From an uncultured Acidobacteriota bacterium (GTDB lineage Bacteria; Acidobacteriota; UBA6911), in assembly GCA_963843575.1 (NCBI GenBank), contig CAWJKZ010000010.1, positions 416,001-480,000 of the forward strand: a DNA stretch of 64,000 nucleotides, in the 5' to 3' direction. Shown here piece after piece: positions 29,926 through 41,045 of the stretch; positions within the stretch are counted from its first letter, which is position 1; each line of letters begins with the position of its first letter. Position numbers and translations under genes: made by a program. Under the pieces are notes generated by a model. The model was not told the origin of the DNA. It saw only the letters and a list, made by a program, of their open reading frames with translations, and did not search any database.

Positions 29926-30900
29926 ATGACATCGCCGGTCGTCGAACTGGAGAACTTAAAGGTCAGGTTCGGACGGCGGGAGATCCTTCGCGGGATCTCC
30001 TGCCGTCTTGGCGTTTCAGGGGTCGGCAGGGCGATCGGGCTCCTGGGACCCAACGGCGCCGGCAAGTCCACCCTGATCCTCACGCTGTTGGGTTTCCACC
30101 GCCGCGTCGAGGGACGGGCGCGCGTGCTCGGCTTCGACTGCCACCGTCAGCCCCACGAGGTGCGGTCCCGCATCGGCTACATGCCCGAAACCGACTCGTT
30201 CATCGCCAACCTCACGGCGGTCACCCAGCTGCGACTGATGGCCGAGCTCTCCGGCCTTCCCCCTGAAGCCGCCCTCGAGAAGGCGCACGAGGTGTTGTTT
30301 CACGTGGGGCTCGGCGAGGCGCGCTATCGCGAGCTGCGCACCTATTCCCTGGGCATGAAACAGATGGCCAAACTCGCCCAGGCGATCGTGCACGGCCCGG
30401 AGCTGGTCATCCTCGACGAACCCACCAACGGCCTCGACCCCGCCGCCCGGCGCCGCATGCTCAGGCTGGTGCGTGAAATGAAGGAAGAACAGGGGATGAA
30501 CGTCCTCCTCTGCTCCCACTTGCTGCGTGATGTCGAACAGGTGTGCGACGAGGTCGTCATCATGAAGGACGGCGTGATCGTGCACGAGTGCAACCTCGAA
30601 CAGGAAAGGCGCTCGAACAAGAGCTTCGTCGAACTCGAGGTCACGGGCAACGACGACGATCTGCGCGGGGCGCTGCCGGGCATCGGGGCCGACGGGGTGA
30701 CGGAGGGCGGCGGCCGGTGGCGCATCGTCCTGCCCCCCGACACGGACGTGCAGGTGGTGTGGGACCTGATGGCGCGCCAGAAGCTGCTGGTGCGCAAGCT
30801 CACCCACCGTCGCGACACGCTCGAAGAGATCTTTATGAAGGCCATGGCAGGGAATGCCTCGGCCGGCACCCAGCAACCAGCAACCGAAGCCCGGGTCTAG
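29926..30900 (+). CDS. ABC transporter ATP-binding protein
   Basis: GPNGAGKST, YSLGMKQ, ILDEPTNGLDP. Confidence 0.95.
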   Translation: MTSPVVELENLKVRFGRREILRGISCRLGVSGVGRAIGLLGPNGAGKSTLILTLLGFHRRVEGRARVLGFDCHRQPHEVRSRIGYMPETDSFIANLTAVTQLRLMAELSGLPPEAALEKAHEVLFHVGLGEARYRELRTYSLGMKQMAKLAQAIVHGPELVILDEPTNGLDPAARRRMLRLVREMKEEQGMNVLLCSHLLRDVEQVCDEVVIMKDGVIVHECNLEQERRSNKSFVELEVTGNDDDLRGALPGIGADGVTEGGGRWRIVLPPDTDVQVVWDLMARQKLLVRKLTHRRDTLEEIFMKAMAGNASAGTQQPATEARV

Positions 30901-30903
30901 CAC

Positions 30904-31764
30904 ATGGCAGTCTACAGGCGCGGTTACCGGAGATACCAGGGCAGGATCACCGGAAGGTGGTCCCGGTTCATGGTCTTGCCCCGTTTTTCCTGGCACCGCC
31001 TCTTCCAGCAGCGGCTGGTCGTCCTGCTCACCGTCGTCGCCACGATCTGGCCGTTGCTGTGCGCCACCTTCATCTACCTCACCAACCACGCCGAGCTGCT
31101 CAAGGGTCTGGACAGCGAGTTCCGCAGGTTCATCGAGGTCGACGGCCGGTTCTTCATCATCTTCATGAACGTCCAGGCCGTCTTTGCCATTTTCCTTGCG
31201 GCGCTCACCGGTCCCGGGCTGATCGCCCCCGATCTGGCGAACAACGCCCTGCCGCTCTACTTCTGCCGCCCGGTTACCCGGTCCGGCTACGCACTGGCAC
31301 GCCTGCTGGTCCTGGTGGGGATGCTGTCGGTCATCACCTGGATCCCCGGCTTGTTCCTGTTCGGGATGCAGGCAGGGATGGCGGGCGGGGGGTGGCTCCA
31401 GGCAAACTGGACGATCGGTTCCGGCATCGTCGCCGGCTTTGCCATCTGGGTGCTGCTGGTGAGCATGGTTGCACTCGCCGGTTCGGCCTGGGTGAAGTGG
31501 AGGGTGGTGGCGGGGGCACTGGTGCTGGCATTCTTCTTCATACTCGCCGGCCTGTCGGTTATGGTCAACGGGGTCTTTCGCGTGACCTGGGGCCACGCGC
31601 TGAACCCTGCCTGGGCGGTCAACCGGTTGTGGTGCGCGATGCTCGGGGTCGACCCCCCCGACGGACCCGGCATCGTGCCCTGCATAACCGCGCTGGTGCT
31701 CATCATCCTCCTGCTTGCGCTCGTACTCGAGCGCAAGCTGCGCCCTGTGGAGATAGTTACATGA
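30904..31764 (+). CDS. ABC-2 type permease
   Basis: Six TMs, LIAPDLANNALPLYFCRP. Confidence 0.88.
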   Translation: MAVYRRGYRRYQGRITGRWSRFMVLPRFSWHRLFQQRLVVLLTVVATIWPLLCATFIYLTNHAELLKGLDSEFRRFIEVDGRFFIIFMNVQAVFAIFLAALTGPGLIAPDLANNALPLYFCRPVTRSGYALARLLVLVGMLSVITWIPGLFLFGMQAGMAGGGWLQANWTIGSGIVAGFAIWVLLVSMVALAGSAWVKWRVVAGALVLAFFFILAGLSVMVNGVFRVTWGHALNPAWAVNRLWCAMLGVDPPDGPGIVPCITALVLIILLLALVLERKLRPVEIVT

Positions 31765-31765
31765 T

Positions 31766-31864
31766 GGGTGATGGGGTTTGGGTGTCGGGTTTTGGCGAGC
31801 ACCGCATGGCCACCCTTCGCTGCCCGGGTTCTCGAACACCCAACACCCAAGACCCAAAACCCGC
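31766..31864. repeat. Inverted heptamer tandem repeats
   Basis: GGGTTTG GGTGTCG GGTTTTG ... ACACCCA ACACCCA AGACCCA AAACCCG. Confidence 0.65.
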
Positions 31865-31876
31865 TTTGGAGCTTTC

Positions 31877-32803
31877 GTGAGCGCGCCGTCGGTGGTGTTC
31901 GAGGAGGTATCGAGATTCTATGGCGAGGTGCTCGGGGTGAACCGCGTCACCCTCGACATCCCGCCGGGGATAACGAGCCTGGTCGGGCCAAACGGCTCCG
32001 GCAAGACCACCCTGATGAATCTCATGACCGGCCTCATCCACCCCGACCATGGCTCGATCACGATGCGCGGCATCTCGCCCCGGGATCCCGAACGCCTCAT
32101 GCGCATCACCGGGTATGCCACCCAGTACGACGCCGCGCCTCGCTGGGCGACGGGCTTCAGCTTCATCACTACCGGACTGCTGCTTTTCGGTTACAGCCGC
32201 GCGGAGGCCGAGGAGAGGGCGTGGAAGGCGCTGGAGCGCCTGAGCCTCACCGAAGCGGCCCACAGGAAGGTGGCGGCCTATTCCAAGGGAATGCGCCAGC
32301 GCGTCCGCCTGGCCCAGGCCATCGCCCACGAACCCGAACTGCTGGTGCTCGACGAGCCTCTCAACGGGCTCGACCCGCTCGTGCGCGCCGAAACCATCAC
32401 CCTGTTCCGCGAGTGGGCGGCTCAGGGGAGGCACGTGATCCTCTCCAGCCACGTCCTGCAGGAGGTGGACGTGATCAGCGACCAGATCGTCCTCATCGCC
32501 AACGGCATGATCGTCGCCGAAGGGGAGATCCGCAATGTCCGCGAGGAGATCCACGAACACCCGAGCCAGTTCATCATCCGCTGCCGAGAACCCGCGCGGG
32601 TCGCCGCGCTGCTCTTCCAGGAAGACCACATCACCCAGGTCAGCCTCAACGACGACCGGGGTGGCATGCTCGTGATGACCCGGGACCGGGAGAAGTTTTC
32701 GCGGGCGCTGGGCCGCATTGCGCTCAACGGCTACAAGATCGAGGGCGTCATCCCCGCCGACGAAAACGTCGACGCGTTGTATGAATACCTCATTGGATCG
32801 TAA
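31877..32803 (+). CDS. ABC transporter ATP-binding protein
   Basis: GTG start with GGAG RBS; GPNGSGKTT, YSKGMRQR, LDEPLNGLDP. Confidence 0.95.
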   Translation: MSAPSVVFEEVSRFYGEVLGVNRVTLDIPPGITSLVGPNGSGKTTLMNLMTGLIHPDHGSITMRGISPRDPERLMRITGYATQYDAAPRWATGFSFITTGLLLFGYSRAEAEERAWKALERLSLTEAAHRKVAAYSKGMRQRVRLAQAIAHEPELLVLDEPLNGLDPLVRAETITLFREWAAQGRHVILSSHVLQEVDVISDQIVLIANGMIVAEGEIRNVREEIHEHPSQFIIRCREPARVAALLFQEDHITQVSLNDDRGGMLVMTRDREKFSRALGRIALNGYKIEGVIPADENVDALYEYLIGS

Positions 32804-32821
32804 ACCGGGGACTGGGTGTTT

Positions 32822-32901
32822 TGGAGTGCGGTGCCTCGGCACCGCTTTCGCGGCGGCGCCTAGGCGCCGCCCACAAAGCGGCGTCCAGCCGCCGCACTCC
32901 A
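32822..32901. repeat. REP family A doublet (TGGAGTGCGG...CCGCACTCCA)
   Basis: Inverted REP pair with a central GGCGCCTAGGCGCC palindrome. Confidence 0.85.
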
Positions 32902-32914
32902 GAGGTCGGCAACG

Positions 32915-34453
32915 ATGAAAACCCGATACCCGACACCGGCTTTTCAGGCCTGGATCATCGCCAGGATCGAGTTGCGGCGCGCCTTCCTGTCGAAGCGGGC
33001 GTTCTGGGTGTATGGGCTCGCTCTGCTGCCGGCCGTGATCTTTTTCGGGCACGGCGTCGAAGTGAAGATCCGGCGGGACCGGCTCTCGGCGCAGGGCATC
33101 CTGCAGCCCGCCCTGATCGACGGCATACGCGACGGCGAAACGGACGAGGCGGTGCTGCAGCGGCTCGGGACGCCGGCCCGCGACGACCACTGGGAGAGCC
33201 GCAAACGCGTCCGCGCCGAGGGCGCGACCACTAGCGTCACGACGCACGGGGTCGACCCGGCCGTGGACGCCCGGTTTGTCCGCCTGAACATCACACGGCC
33301 CACCTATGGCGGCGACCATAGCGCGAGGATCTACGAATTCGAAGTGTACGGTCCCGACGGCGCCACCAACCTGGCACTGCGTCGTCCGGCCACCGGCAGT
33401 GCGCCGTGCAGCGACGAGGAAGGCCCGGAGAAGGCCTTCAACGGCAGCATTTCGGGCGGCAACAGCGACAAGTGGTGCACGGACGAGTGGGACCGCTTCC
33501 TGCAGGTCGACCTCGGTGCGGTCACGAAGGTGAAACGGTTCGTGGTCAAGCACGCCAGCGCCGGCGGCGAGGACGAGGAGCTCGACACGCGCGAGTTCAA
33601 CATCCAGGTGAGCACCGACGGAAGGATGTTCACGACGGTCGTAAACGCCACGGGCGCGAGGTTCGTCGACGAGCGGTCTTCGCACCGCAGGCTCGTCTAC
33701 TTCGACGGGCGACGCGTAGCTCGCCTGACCTTCTCCGACGGGAAGCTCGCCTCGAGAGACCTCAGCCCGCTGCTGAACTTCGAGGAGGATCGCCAGGTCT
33801 TCGCCGGTATCTTCCAGTTCTTCTACCTGCGGCTGGCGATCTTCTTCGGGTGCCTGGGCATCTTCATGAACCTTTTCCGCGGCGAGATGCTGGACAAGAC
33901 CCTGCACTTCTGGTTCCTGGCTCCCGCCCGCCGTGAAGTGCTCCTGGCCGGAAAGTACGGCGCCGGCCTGATCGCCTCGACCACCATCTTTGCCGGCGGC
34001 GCCCTCCTGTGTTTTGCGGCGATGATCTGGCCACACAACCCGATCGAGGTACAGGCCTACTGGCGGGGCGCCGGCATGGCGCACGCCTTCTGGTACACGG
34101 CGGCTGCCGTGCTCGGTTGCGTCGGCTACGGTAGCGTGTTTCTTGCCGCCGGACTGCTTTTGCGCAACCCGATCATCCCGGCTGCCGTGCTTCTCGGCTG
34201 GGAGGGCATCAACGGCTTCCTCCCCGAGATCCTGCAGAAGCTGAGCGTGTTGTATTACCTGCAATCGCTGTGCCCAGTTCCGGTTCCTACCGACAAGAAC
34301 GCGCCGGCGCTCCTACAGCTGCTGCTGTCCCCCGCCGCGCCCGCATCCCGCCTGGGCGCGGTCACCGGCCTGCTGGCCGTAACCGCGCTCCTGCTCTGCC
34401 TCGCGCGCTTCGCCATCCGCCGCATGCAGGTCTCTTACGGCACCGAGAATTAG
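32915..34453 (+). CDS. ABC-2 permease with an inserted extracytoplasmic discoidin (F5/8 type C) domain
   Basis: TM, then NLALRRPATGS...PEKAFNG...KWC...LQVDLG...IQVSTDG, then five TMs including FRGEMLDKTLHFWFLAP. Confidence 0.82.
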   Translation: MKTRYPTPAFQAWIIARIELRRAFLSKRAFWVYGLALLPAVIFFGHGVEVKIRRDRLSAQGILQPALIDGIRDGETDEAVLQRLGTPARDDHWESRKRVRAEGATTSVTTHGVDPAVDARFVRLNITRPTYGGDHSARIYEFEVYGPDGATNLALRRPATGSAPCSDEEGPEKAFNGSISGGNSDKWCTDEWDRFLQVDLGAVTKVKRFVVKHASAGGEDEELDTREFNIQVSTDGRMFTTVVNATGARFVDERSSHRRLVYFDGRRVARLTFSDGKLASRDLSPLLNFEEDRQVFAGIFQFFYLRLAIFFGCLGIFMNLFRGEMLDKTLHFWFLAPARREVLLAGKYGAGLIASTTIFAGGALLCFAAMIWPHNPIEVQAYWRGAGMAHAFWYTAAAVLGCVGYGSVFLAAGLLLRNPIIPAAVLLGWEGINGFLPEILQKLSVLYYLQSLCPVPVPTDKNAPALLQLLLSPAAPASRLGAVTGLLAVTALLLCLARFAIRRMQVSYGTEN

Positions 34454-34471
34454 TTTTAACCGAGCGATCAA

Positions 34472-34752
34472 GTGGATCCGGGCTTTCAGCCCGGACGCAG
34501 TTTGCGGTCGCTAGAACGTGCGCCCGGCCATGGGATCGGATCAAGTCGGAAGACGTCCGGGCGTGGAAGCCCGGAGCCCGGACCTGTTTTACGGGCAGGG
34601 CGGGCGGTTCAATCGTCGGACAGCCTCTTCAGCCCGGACGCAGTTTGGGGCCGCTATAACGTGCGCCCGTCGCCACATAGATCAGATCAAAAGACGTCCG
34701 GGCTGAAGCCCGGACCCACGTGAATCGGACAGCCTCTTCAGCTCGGACCCAC
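34472..34752. repeat. REP family B cluster (GTGGGTCCGGGCTTCAGCCCGGAC)
   Basis: About five units in alternating orientation with repeated linkers. Confidence 0.85.
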
Positions 34753-34787
34753 TTGAGTTTCTGGTGCGAGTGCATCATGCTGCAACC

Positions 34788-37259
34788 ATGCCGGGCCAAT
34801 TCCTGTCCGATCTCCGCATCGCCCTGAGGGCGTTGTCCAGGAGCCCCGGATTCACGGGCGCGGCGGTGTTGACCCTGGCGCTCGGCATCGGCGTCAACAC
34901 GGCCATCTTCAGCCTCGCCGACGCCGTGCTCTTCCGACCATTCCCGGTCCGGGAACCGGATCGCCTGGCGGTGCTCTACACGACGGCGACCGCCAACTCG
35001 AGCTACGCCAGCACATCCTACCCGGACTACCTCGACTACGGCGAGCTCGACGCGGTCTTCACCGGGTTGCTGGCGTACGCGCGCATGCCCTTGATGTTCA
35101 GCGACGGACAGGGCACCGAGCGTGTCGGGGGGGAGGCCGTGTCGGCCAACTATTTCGATCTCCTCGGCCTGGCTGTCGCCCCGGGACGGGGGTTCCGCAC
35201 CTCGGACGAGGCTCACGGATCCGAGTTGACGGCGGTTCTCGGCCACAGCCTCTGGCAGCGCCGCTTCGGCGGCGATCCGGCTATCGTCGGGAAGAGCGTC
35301 AGGATCGACGGGCAGAGCCTGACGGTGATCGGGATCGCGCCCGCGGGATTTCGCGGCATCACCCTCGATTGGGGCACGCCGCCGGAAGTGTGGATCCTGC
35401 TGCGGTCCTTCGACCGGGTCGTGCCCACCTGGGGCCTGCCCGGGGCACAGGACATCCTGCAGAGCCGCGCAGCCCGCTGGCTTCTGGTTGTCGGGCGCCT
35501 GCGCCCGGGCGTCACGCTACGCACAGGCCCGCGCCGCAGTCACCCTGCGGGCGCGGCAGCTCGAGCTCGCGCACCCGCAAACCAACGCGGGCTGGACCGG
35601 GACGCTGCTGCCCGGATCGGAGGCTCGCTTCTGGCCCGCTTACCGGAAATCGATCGTGTCGCTCCTGGCCCTGCTCGTATCGGCCGCCGGCCTGGTGTTG
35701 TTGATCGCCTGCGCCAACGTGGCCAACCTCCTGCTCGCGCGCGCGACCGCACGACAGCGGGAAATCGCGATCCGTGCCGCGCTCGGGGCGGGGCGGCTGC
35801 GCCTGATGCGCCAGATGATTGCCGAAAGCGTGGTCCTGTCGGCCTTCGGGCTGACCTTTAGCTTCCTGGCAGCCTCCTGGATGCTCCGCCTGCTCTCGGG
35901 GGTTTTCCCTCCCGTTCAGAATCCCGCTTGCGCTGAACCTGAGGATGGATCTGCGGGTGTTCGCCCTGGCGGTCCTCGGCGCGCTCCTGACGACCTTCCT
36001 TTTCGGTCTGCTCCCGACCCTTCACATGTCGAGGCCGGACGTGCGGGCGGCCCTGCAGGGCGGAGGCTACAGTTCCTCGGCGCGCAGGTCCTGGGCCCGC
36101 GGGATGCTGGTCGTCGCCCAGGTCGCGATCTCGCTCGTGCTGCTCACCGGCGCGGGGCTGTTTGCCCGCACGCTGCACAAGGCAAGGGCCATCGACACCG
36201 GCTTCAGTGCGGACCACGTCCTGGTCCTCTCGGTCGACCTCCTTTCGGCGAGGTACGCCGAAAGCACGGGAATGGAATTGTACCGGGGACTACTGGAACG
36301 CGTGGGCCGGCTTCCGGGAGTCGTCTCCACCACCTGGGCCGGAGACGTGCCGCTGGCCGTGCGCCGCCTGCTCATCCGCTTCGTCAAAGGGGAACGAGAC
36401 GTCGTCGCTGAGCACGAGTGGATGCGGGCGGAATGCAATGTCGTCGGACCCCGGTACTTCGCAACCTTGCGGATACCGCTCGTCAGGGGACGGGACTTCA
36501 CAGACAGGGACAACGACACGGCGCCGGGCGCCGTAATCATCAATGAGTCGATGGCACGGGCGTACTGGCCCGGAGAGGATCCCGTCGGCAAGAGGATCAA
36601 GGTGCACGGCAGGGCGCGACAACTGTACGAGATCGTCGGTGTCGCCGCCCCCTCGCCATGTCTCCCTCTGGGACAACCCCGGCCCTTACCTGTACCTGCC
36701 GCTGTATCAGCGATATTTCCCGGAGATGATGCTTCACGTCAGAGTGGCGGGAGATCCGATGTCCCTTCTGCCCGCCATCCGCCGCGAAATCCAGGCCATC
36801 GACCGGGAGTTGCCCGTGTACGATGGCGGTACCCTGATCGACCAGATCACCACAGCGGTTTCCGCACAGCGGATGGCGGCGGCATTGCTCGGCGCTTCGG
36901 GCGTTCTCGCATTGGTGCTCGCAGTCGTCGGCGTCTATGGCGTGATGGCGTACGACACGAGCCGGCGCACGCGTGAGTTCGGGATCCGGGTCGCTCTCGG
37001 GGCCGGGCGGCAGAGCATCCTCCGGCTCGTGTTGCGCGACGGAGCCGTTCTGGTCGGACTCGGGCTGGCGGTGGGGTTGGCCCTGGCCGTCGGACTGACG
37101 CGCCTGGCCGCAGGTTTTCTGCACGGGATCAGCCCAACGGATCCTCTGACCTTCGCCTCGATTTCTCTGATCCTGGTCTTGGCCGCCGCGGCGGCCTGCT
37201 ACCTGCCTGCCTTGAGGGCAGCGCGGATCGACCCTTTGACTGCGCTCAGGCAGGAGTAG
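34788..37259 (+). CDS. ADOP-type duplicated MacB/FtsX ABC permease (frameshifts near 35520, 35905 and 36650)
   Basis: DLRIALRAL, TLALGIGVNTAIFS, LIACANVANLLLAR, REIAIRAALGA, REFGIRVALGA, DPLTALRQE. Confidence 0.9.
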
Positions 37260-37312
37260 AGGACGGCGAGCCGGAGTGTCGGCTCGGGAGGAGCGGGGCG
37301 GGCAGGCTTCCG

Positions 37313-37566
37313 TCAGGGCTGGGGGCCGAGGCAGGCCAGATCGCGCTCCAACTGGGAGAGAGCCTCCCGGAGCATCTGGCGATAGCGCTCGTGCCGTGCT
37401 CTCTCCAGGTCTTGCAGAACCCGCGTCCTGGTCAGGGCAGCCCCTCTCTCTCGCGGAGGATCTCGGCCTCGGAGGCGTTCAACGGGATTCTCTTGTAGTC
37501 CCGCTGCTCGCCCTCGGCCGTTTCGATTTGTGCTTCAACCGTCTTGCTTTCCCATCCTCTGGCCAT
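37313..37566 (-). CDS. Small helical hypothetical protein (MARGWESKTVEAQIE...), one frameshift near 37437
   Basis: Read manually; continues LTRTRVLQDLERARHERYRQMLREALSQLERDL after a 1-nt shift. Confidence 0.6.
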
Positions 37567-37619
37567 CTAGATATTATATCATCGCAGATAGGGTTTGCGA
37601 AAGGTCGCTGCGCGGCTGA

Positions 37620-38805
37620 CTAGCGCCCGCGAGCGCTTACACGTGTCAGCGAAAAGAGCAGCACACTGGCCAGCAGCGCCAGGGCCGCACCCGTGCCGAG
37701 CGCGACGCCGGATGAGTATCTCTGCCAGAGGAATCCTGCCAGGAGCGACGAGGGCAGGGCGGCGACACCCAGGGTGAAGTGGTAGATGCCGAATGCGGTC
37801 CCGCGCAGGGCGGCAGGCACAAGGTCTGTGACGAAGGCTTTCTCCACCCCTTCGGTCAAGCCGAAGTAGAGCCCGTAGGCCGCAAACAGCAGCCAGGCCG
37901 TGGAGTGCGGTCGAGGCCAGGGTGAATCCGAGGTACACGGCCGCATAGACAACCCAGCCTGCAACCACGAGGCGCGTGCGGCCCAGGCGGTCCGACAGGA
38001 TCCCTCCGGGCGTCGACGAGAGTGCCTTGACCCCGTGGAAGACAATCCACACGAGCGGGATGAAGGCTACCGGCACGCCGAGTTCCCGCGAGCGCAGAAT
38101 GAGGAACGCATCGGAGGAGTTCCCCAGGGCGAAGATGGCCAGTATCACCAGAAAGAGCTTGAAGCGCCGGCTGAATGGCTTCAGCGACAATCGCAGCGGG
38201 AGATCGGGTGAAGAGACCGGGTCCCTGGCGGTTCCGATGCCGGCCAGGACGAGCACAAGCGCCGCCGCGCCCGGAATTGTCGACAACAGGAAAATCGCCG
38301 ACACCTGAAACGATCCGAAGGTGAGCAGCAGGAATGCCGCCAGCGACCCCGCCATGGCTCCGCCGTGATCCATCGCCCTGTTGAAACCGAAAGCCTTGCC
38401 GCGCTGCTCGAGGGGCGTGTTGTCGGCGATCATCGCGTCGCGCGGTGAAGTCCGCACGCCTTTACCGACGCGGTCGGCGAACCGCAAGACCAGCACCTGC
38501 CAACTGGAGGTGGCGACGCCGATCAATGGGCGGATGGCGTTCGAGAACCCGTATCCCGCGGCGGTCAGCAACCGCTTGTTCCCGAACCGGTCGGCAATCC
38601 AGCCGGAAAAGAGCTTGAGCAGGCTGGCCGTCGTCTCCGCCGTCCCCTCGACGAGGCCGATGAAGGAGATCGAAGCGCCGATAGACATCAGGTAGACCGG
38701 CAGGAGCGGGTAAATCATCTCGCTGGCAAAATCGTTGCACAGCGAAACCAGCCCCAGCAGGAATACTGTCGAGGAGAAACCGAGGATCTTCCTGTCGTGT
38801 TCCAT
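37620..38805 (-). CDS. MFS transporter (frameshift near 37905)
   Basis: GWIADRFG, RFADRVGKGVRTSPRDA, GILSDRLGR; last TMs lie in ORF 37620..38045. Confidence 0.9.
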
Positions 38806-38841
38806 TTCCGGTAATCATCATAGCTGTCAACCCGCAAAATG

Positions 38842-38890
38842 TGGAGTGCGGCGGCTCGACGCCGCTTTGGTCAAGGCGCCTGGGCGCCGC
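38842..38890. repeat. REP family A, single arm
   Basis: TGGAGTGCGGCGGCTCGACGCCGCTTTGG plus GGCGCCTGGGCGCC. Confidence 0.8.
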
Positions 38891-39028
38891 CGCGGCTGAA
38901 TATTGCATTTGGTGTTTTCCATCGCGTCCGACGAGTTGACGCAGGTCCGCGCGGGTCAAAAATAGAGGCAACACTTGACCCGCCGATTCAGCAGCTGTTA
39001 GCTTTGCCCAATTGCGTGGGGCGAGAAC

Positions 39029-40368
39029 ATGAAGCCATTGTGGGTTCTGTCGGTTGTTTCGGTGTGCGCCGTTTGTCTCGGCGCGGACGTCAGGTCGGGG
39101 CCTTTGCCGCGCAGCAGCCCGGAAGCGCAAGGCGTCTCCTCGGCCGCCATCCGGGCGTTTGTCGAAGCGGCGGACACGCAGAGTCGACTCGATGCACAGC
39201 TTCATGCTCGTGCGCCATGGCCAGGTGGTGGCGGAGGGTGGTGGTCGCCGTACGACGCCCGACGCCGCCATCGCTGTATTCGTTGAGCAAGAGCTTCACC
39301 TCGACGGCCGTCGGGCTGGCCGTCGCGGAAGGGGAAGCTCAGCGTCGACGATCCGGTGCTGAAGTTCTTCCCCGACGACGCTCCGCCGAGCCGAGCGCCA
39401 ATCTCAAGGCGATGCGCGTGCGCGATCTGCTCCGCATGTCCACCGGCCAGCAGCAGACGACGTGGCGAGCTACGTCGCTTCGAAGCTCAAGCCTGGACCA
39501 AGACCTTTCTGTCGCATGCCGGTGCCGCACAAGCCCGGCACCCATTTCCTCTACAACACGCCGGCACTTACATGCTCTCGGCGATCGTGCAGAAGGTGAC
39601 GGGCATGACCGTGCTCGATTATCTGCGCCCGCGGCTGTTCGAGCCGCTGGGGATTGAAAACCCGCCTGGGAGGACCAGCCCGCAAGGGATCACGCTCGGC
39701 GGCTACGGGCTGAGCATCCGCACCGAGGACATCGCGAAGTTCGGCCAGCTCTACCTCCAGAAAGGGCGAGTGGGCGGGGAGCAACAGTTGGTGCCCGCGG
39801 CCTGGGTCGAAGCGGCCACGCGCGCCAGACCTCCAACGGCAGCAACCCGACGAGCGATTGGGACCAGGGCTACGGCTACCAGTTCTGGCGTTGCCGGCAC
39901 GGCGCTACCGCGGCGACGGCGCATTCGGGCAGTACTGCATCGTCCTGCCGGAACAGGATGCGGTGATCGCCATCACCAGCGGCGCCGAAACATGCAGGCC
40001 GTGCTCAACCTGGTCTGGGACAACCTGCTGCCGGCCATGAAGCCGGCGGCGCTGCCGCCCGATGACGCTGCGCAGGCGATCTGGCTCGGAGGGTTGCCGG
40101 CCCGGCGGTGCGACCCGCAGCCGGGAAGCCTGCGTCGCCTGTCGCCGCCGCGGTTTCCGGCAGACGATTCTCCTTCCCGGCGAACGACCGCGGCATCGAA
40201 TCGGTCGTGTTCGAGTTCGGCGACGCCAAGGCAACAGCGGCAGTCCGGACCGCCCAGCAGGACAGCCGCATCCCGTGCGGTTCAGGCGCCTGGGTCAACG
40301 GCCGGAGCGCCTTTGCGAACGGGCTGTGAGCCTCCCCGTGGACAGGGCCGAACACCCGGTGGCGGCCA
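39029..40368 (+). pseudogene. Serine hydrolase (class C beta-lactamase-like), multiply frameshifted and 3'-truncated
   Basis: PRSSPEAQG, YSLSKSFTS (SxxK), YLRPRLFEPLGI, YRGDGAFGQY spread over several frames. Confidence 0.8.
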
Positions 40369-41045
40369 ATTCCACGGCGAAGTACTTCGGATCGACCTGG
40401 TTGTTGTGGGTCACCTGGTCGATGGCCACAGCCCAGTCCTGCAGCACCGTCACCGGCCCTTCCAGCGTATACGCGAGCTTGTACGCGTGCGGGAAGTGTC
40501 AGCCCGTCGACCTGCTTGAAGTCGTCGAAGCGCTCGGAGATCAAGTAGACCGTGTCCCGCTGGCCGGATGACTGGGCGATATCCGTCTGCATGTTGGCCG
40601 GTTGCACAAGCCTGTACTGCGAGCCCACGTGGCGGAAGGTCTCGGGGTCGAAATAGAGGGAGATCTGCAGGTCGCCGGCCCCCTTGCTCGCCCTGTATTT
40701 CAGCTCATGCACCTGGCGGCCGTCGACCTTCTTTTGACCTGAGTAAGTCAGCTTGGGCTGCCGTTGCGCCGTGTTCAAGAGGGCCCAGGCGGTCGTGGTT
40801 GCCCCGCCCATCAACCCATCCTTGAGCATCACGTCGTGAAGATATACGAATCCCGACAGCGCAGAGCGCTGACCGGGCCTCACCCAGCCGGTCGTGACGC
40901 GGCTCCCGTCATACGCGAGCTGCTCGCCCGGGTAGTCCAGCGAGGCGAAGGTCAATCCGATCCGGATTTTCCCCTGCTCGGAAACAATGCCGCACTTGCC
41001 TCGCAATTCGCCGTGACCGCCCAGCCGGAAATTGACTTGCGCCGG
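40369..41045 (-). pseudogene. Fragment of a conserved hypothetical secreted protein, 5' end missing
   Basis: YPGEQLAYDG...LYFDPETFRHV...DFKQVDGLTLP...DPKYFAVE, joined in frame to the Nif3-like gene. Confidence 0.55.

Noticed and set aside
21059-34264. Long antisense ORFs (e.g. 21059..23209, 23375..25915, 30016..31857, 31757..34264)
   Set aside because: They are shadow ORFs opposite high-GC genes, with no recognisable motifs.
34472-34752. Possible CRISPR array
   Set aside because: Units alternate in orientation, the linkers are themselves repeated at other loci, and no cas genes are present. These are REP/BIME-like clusters.
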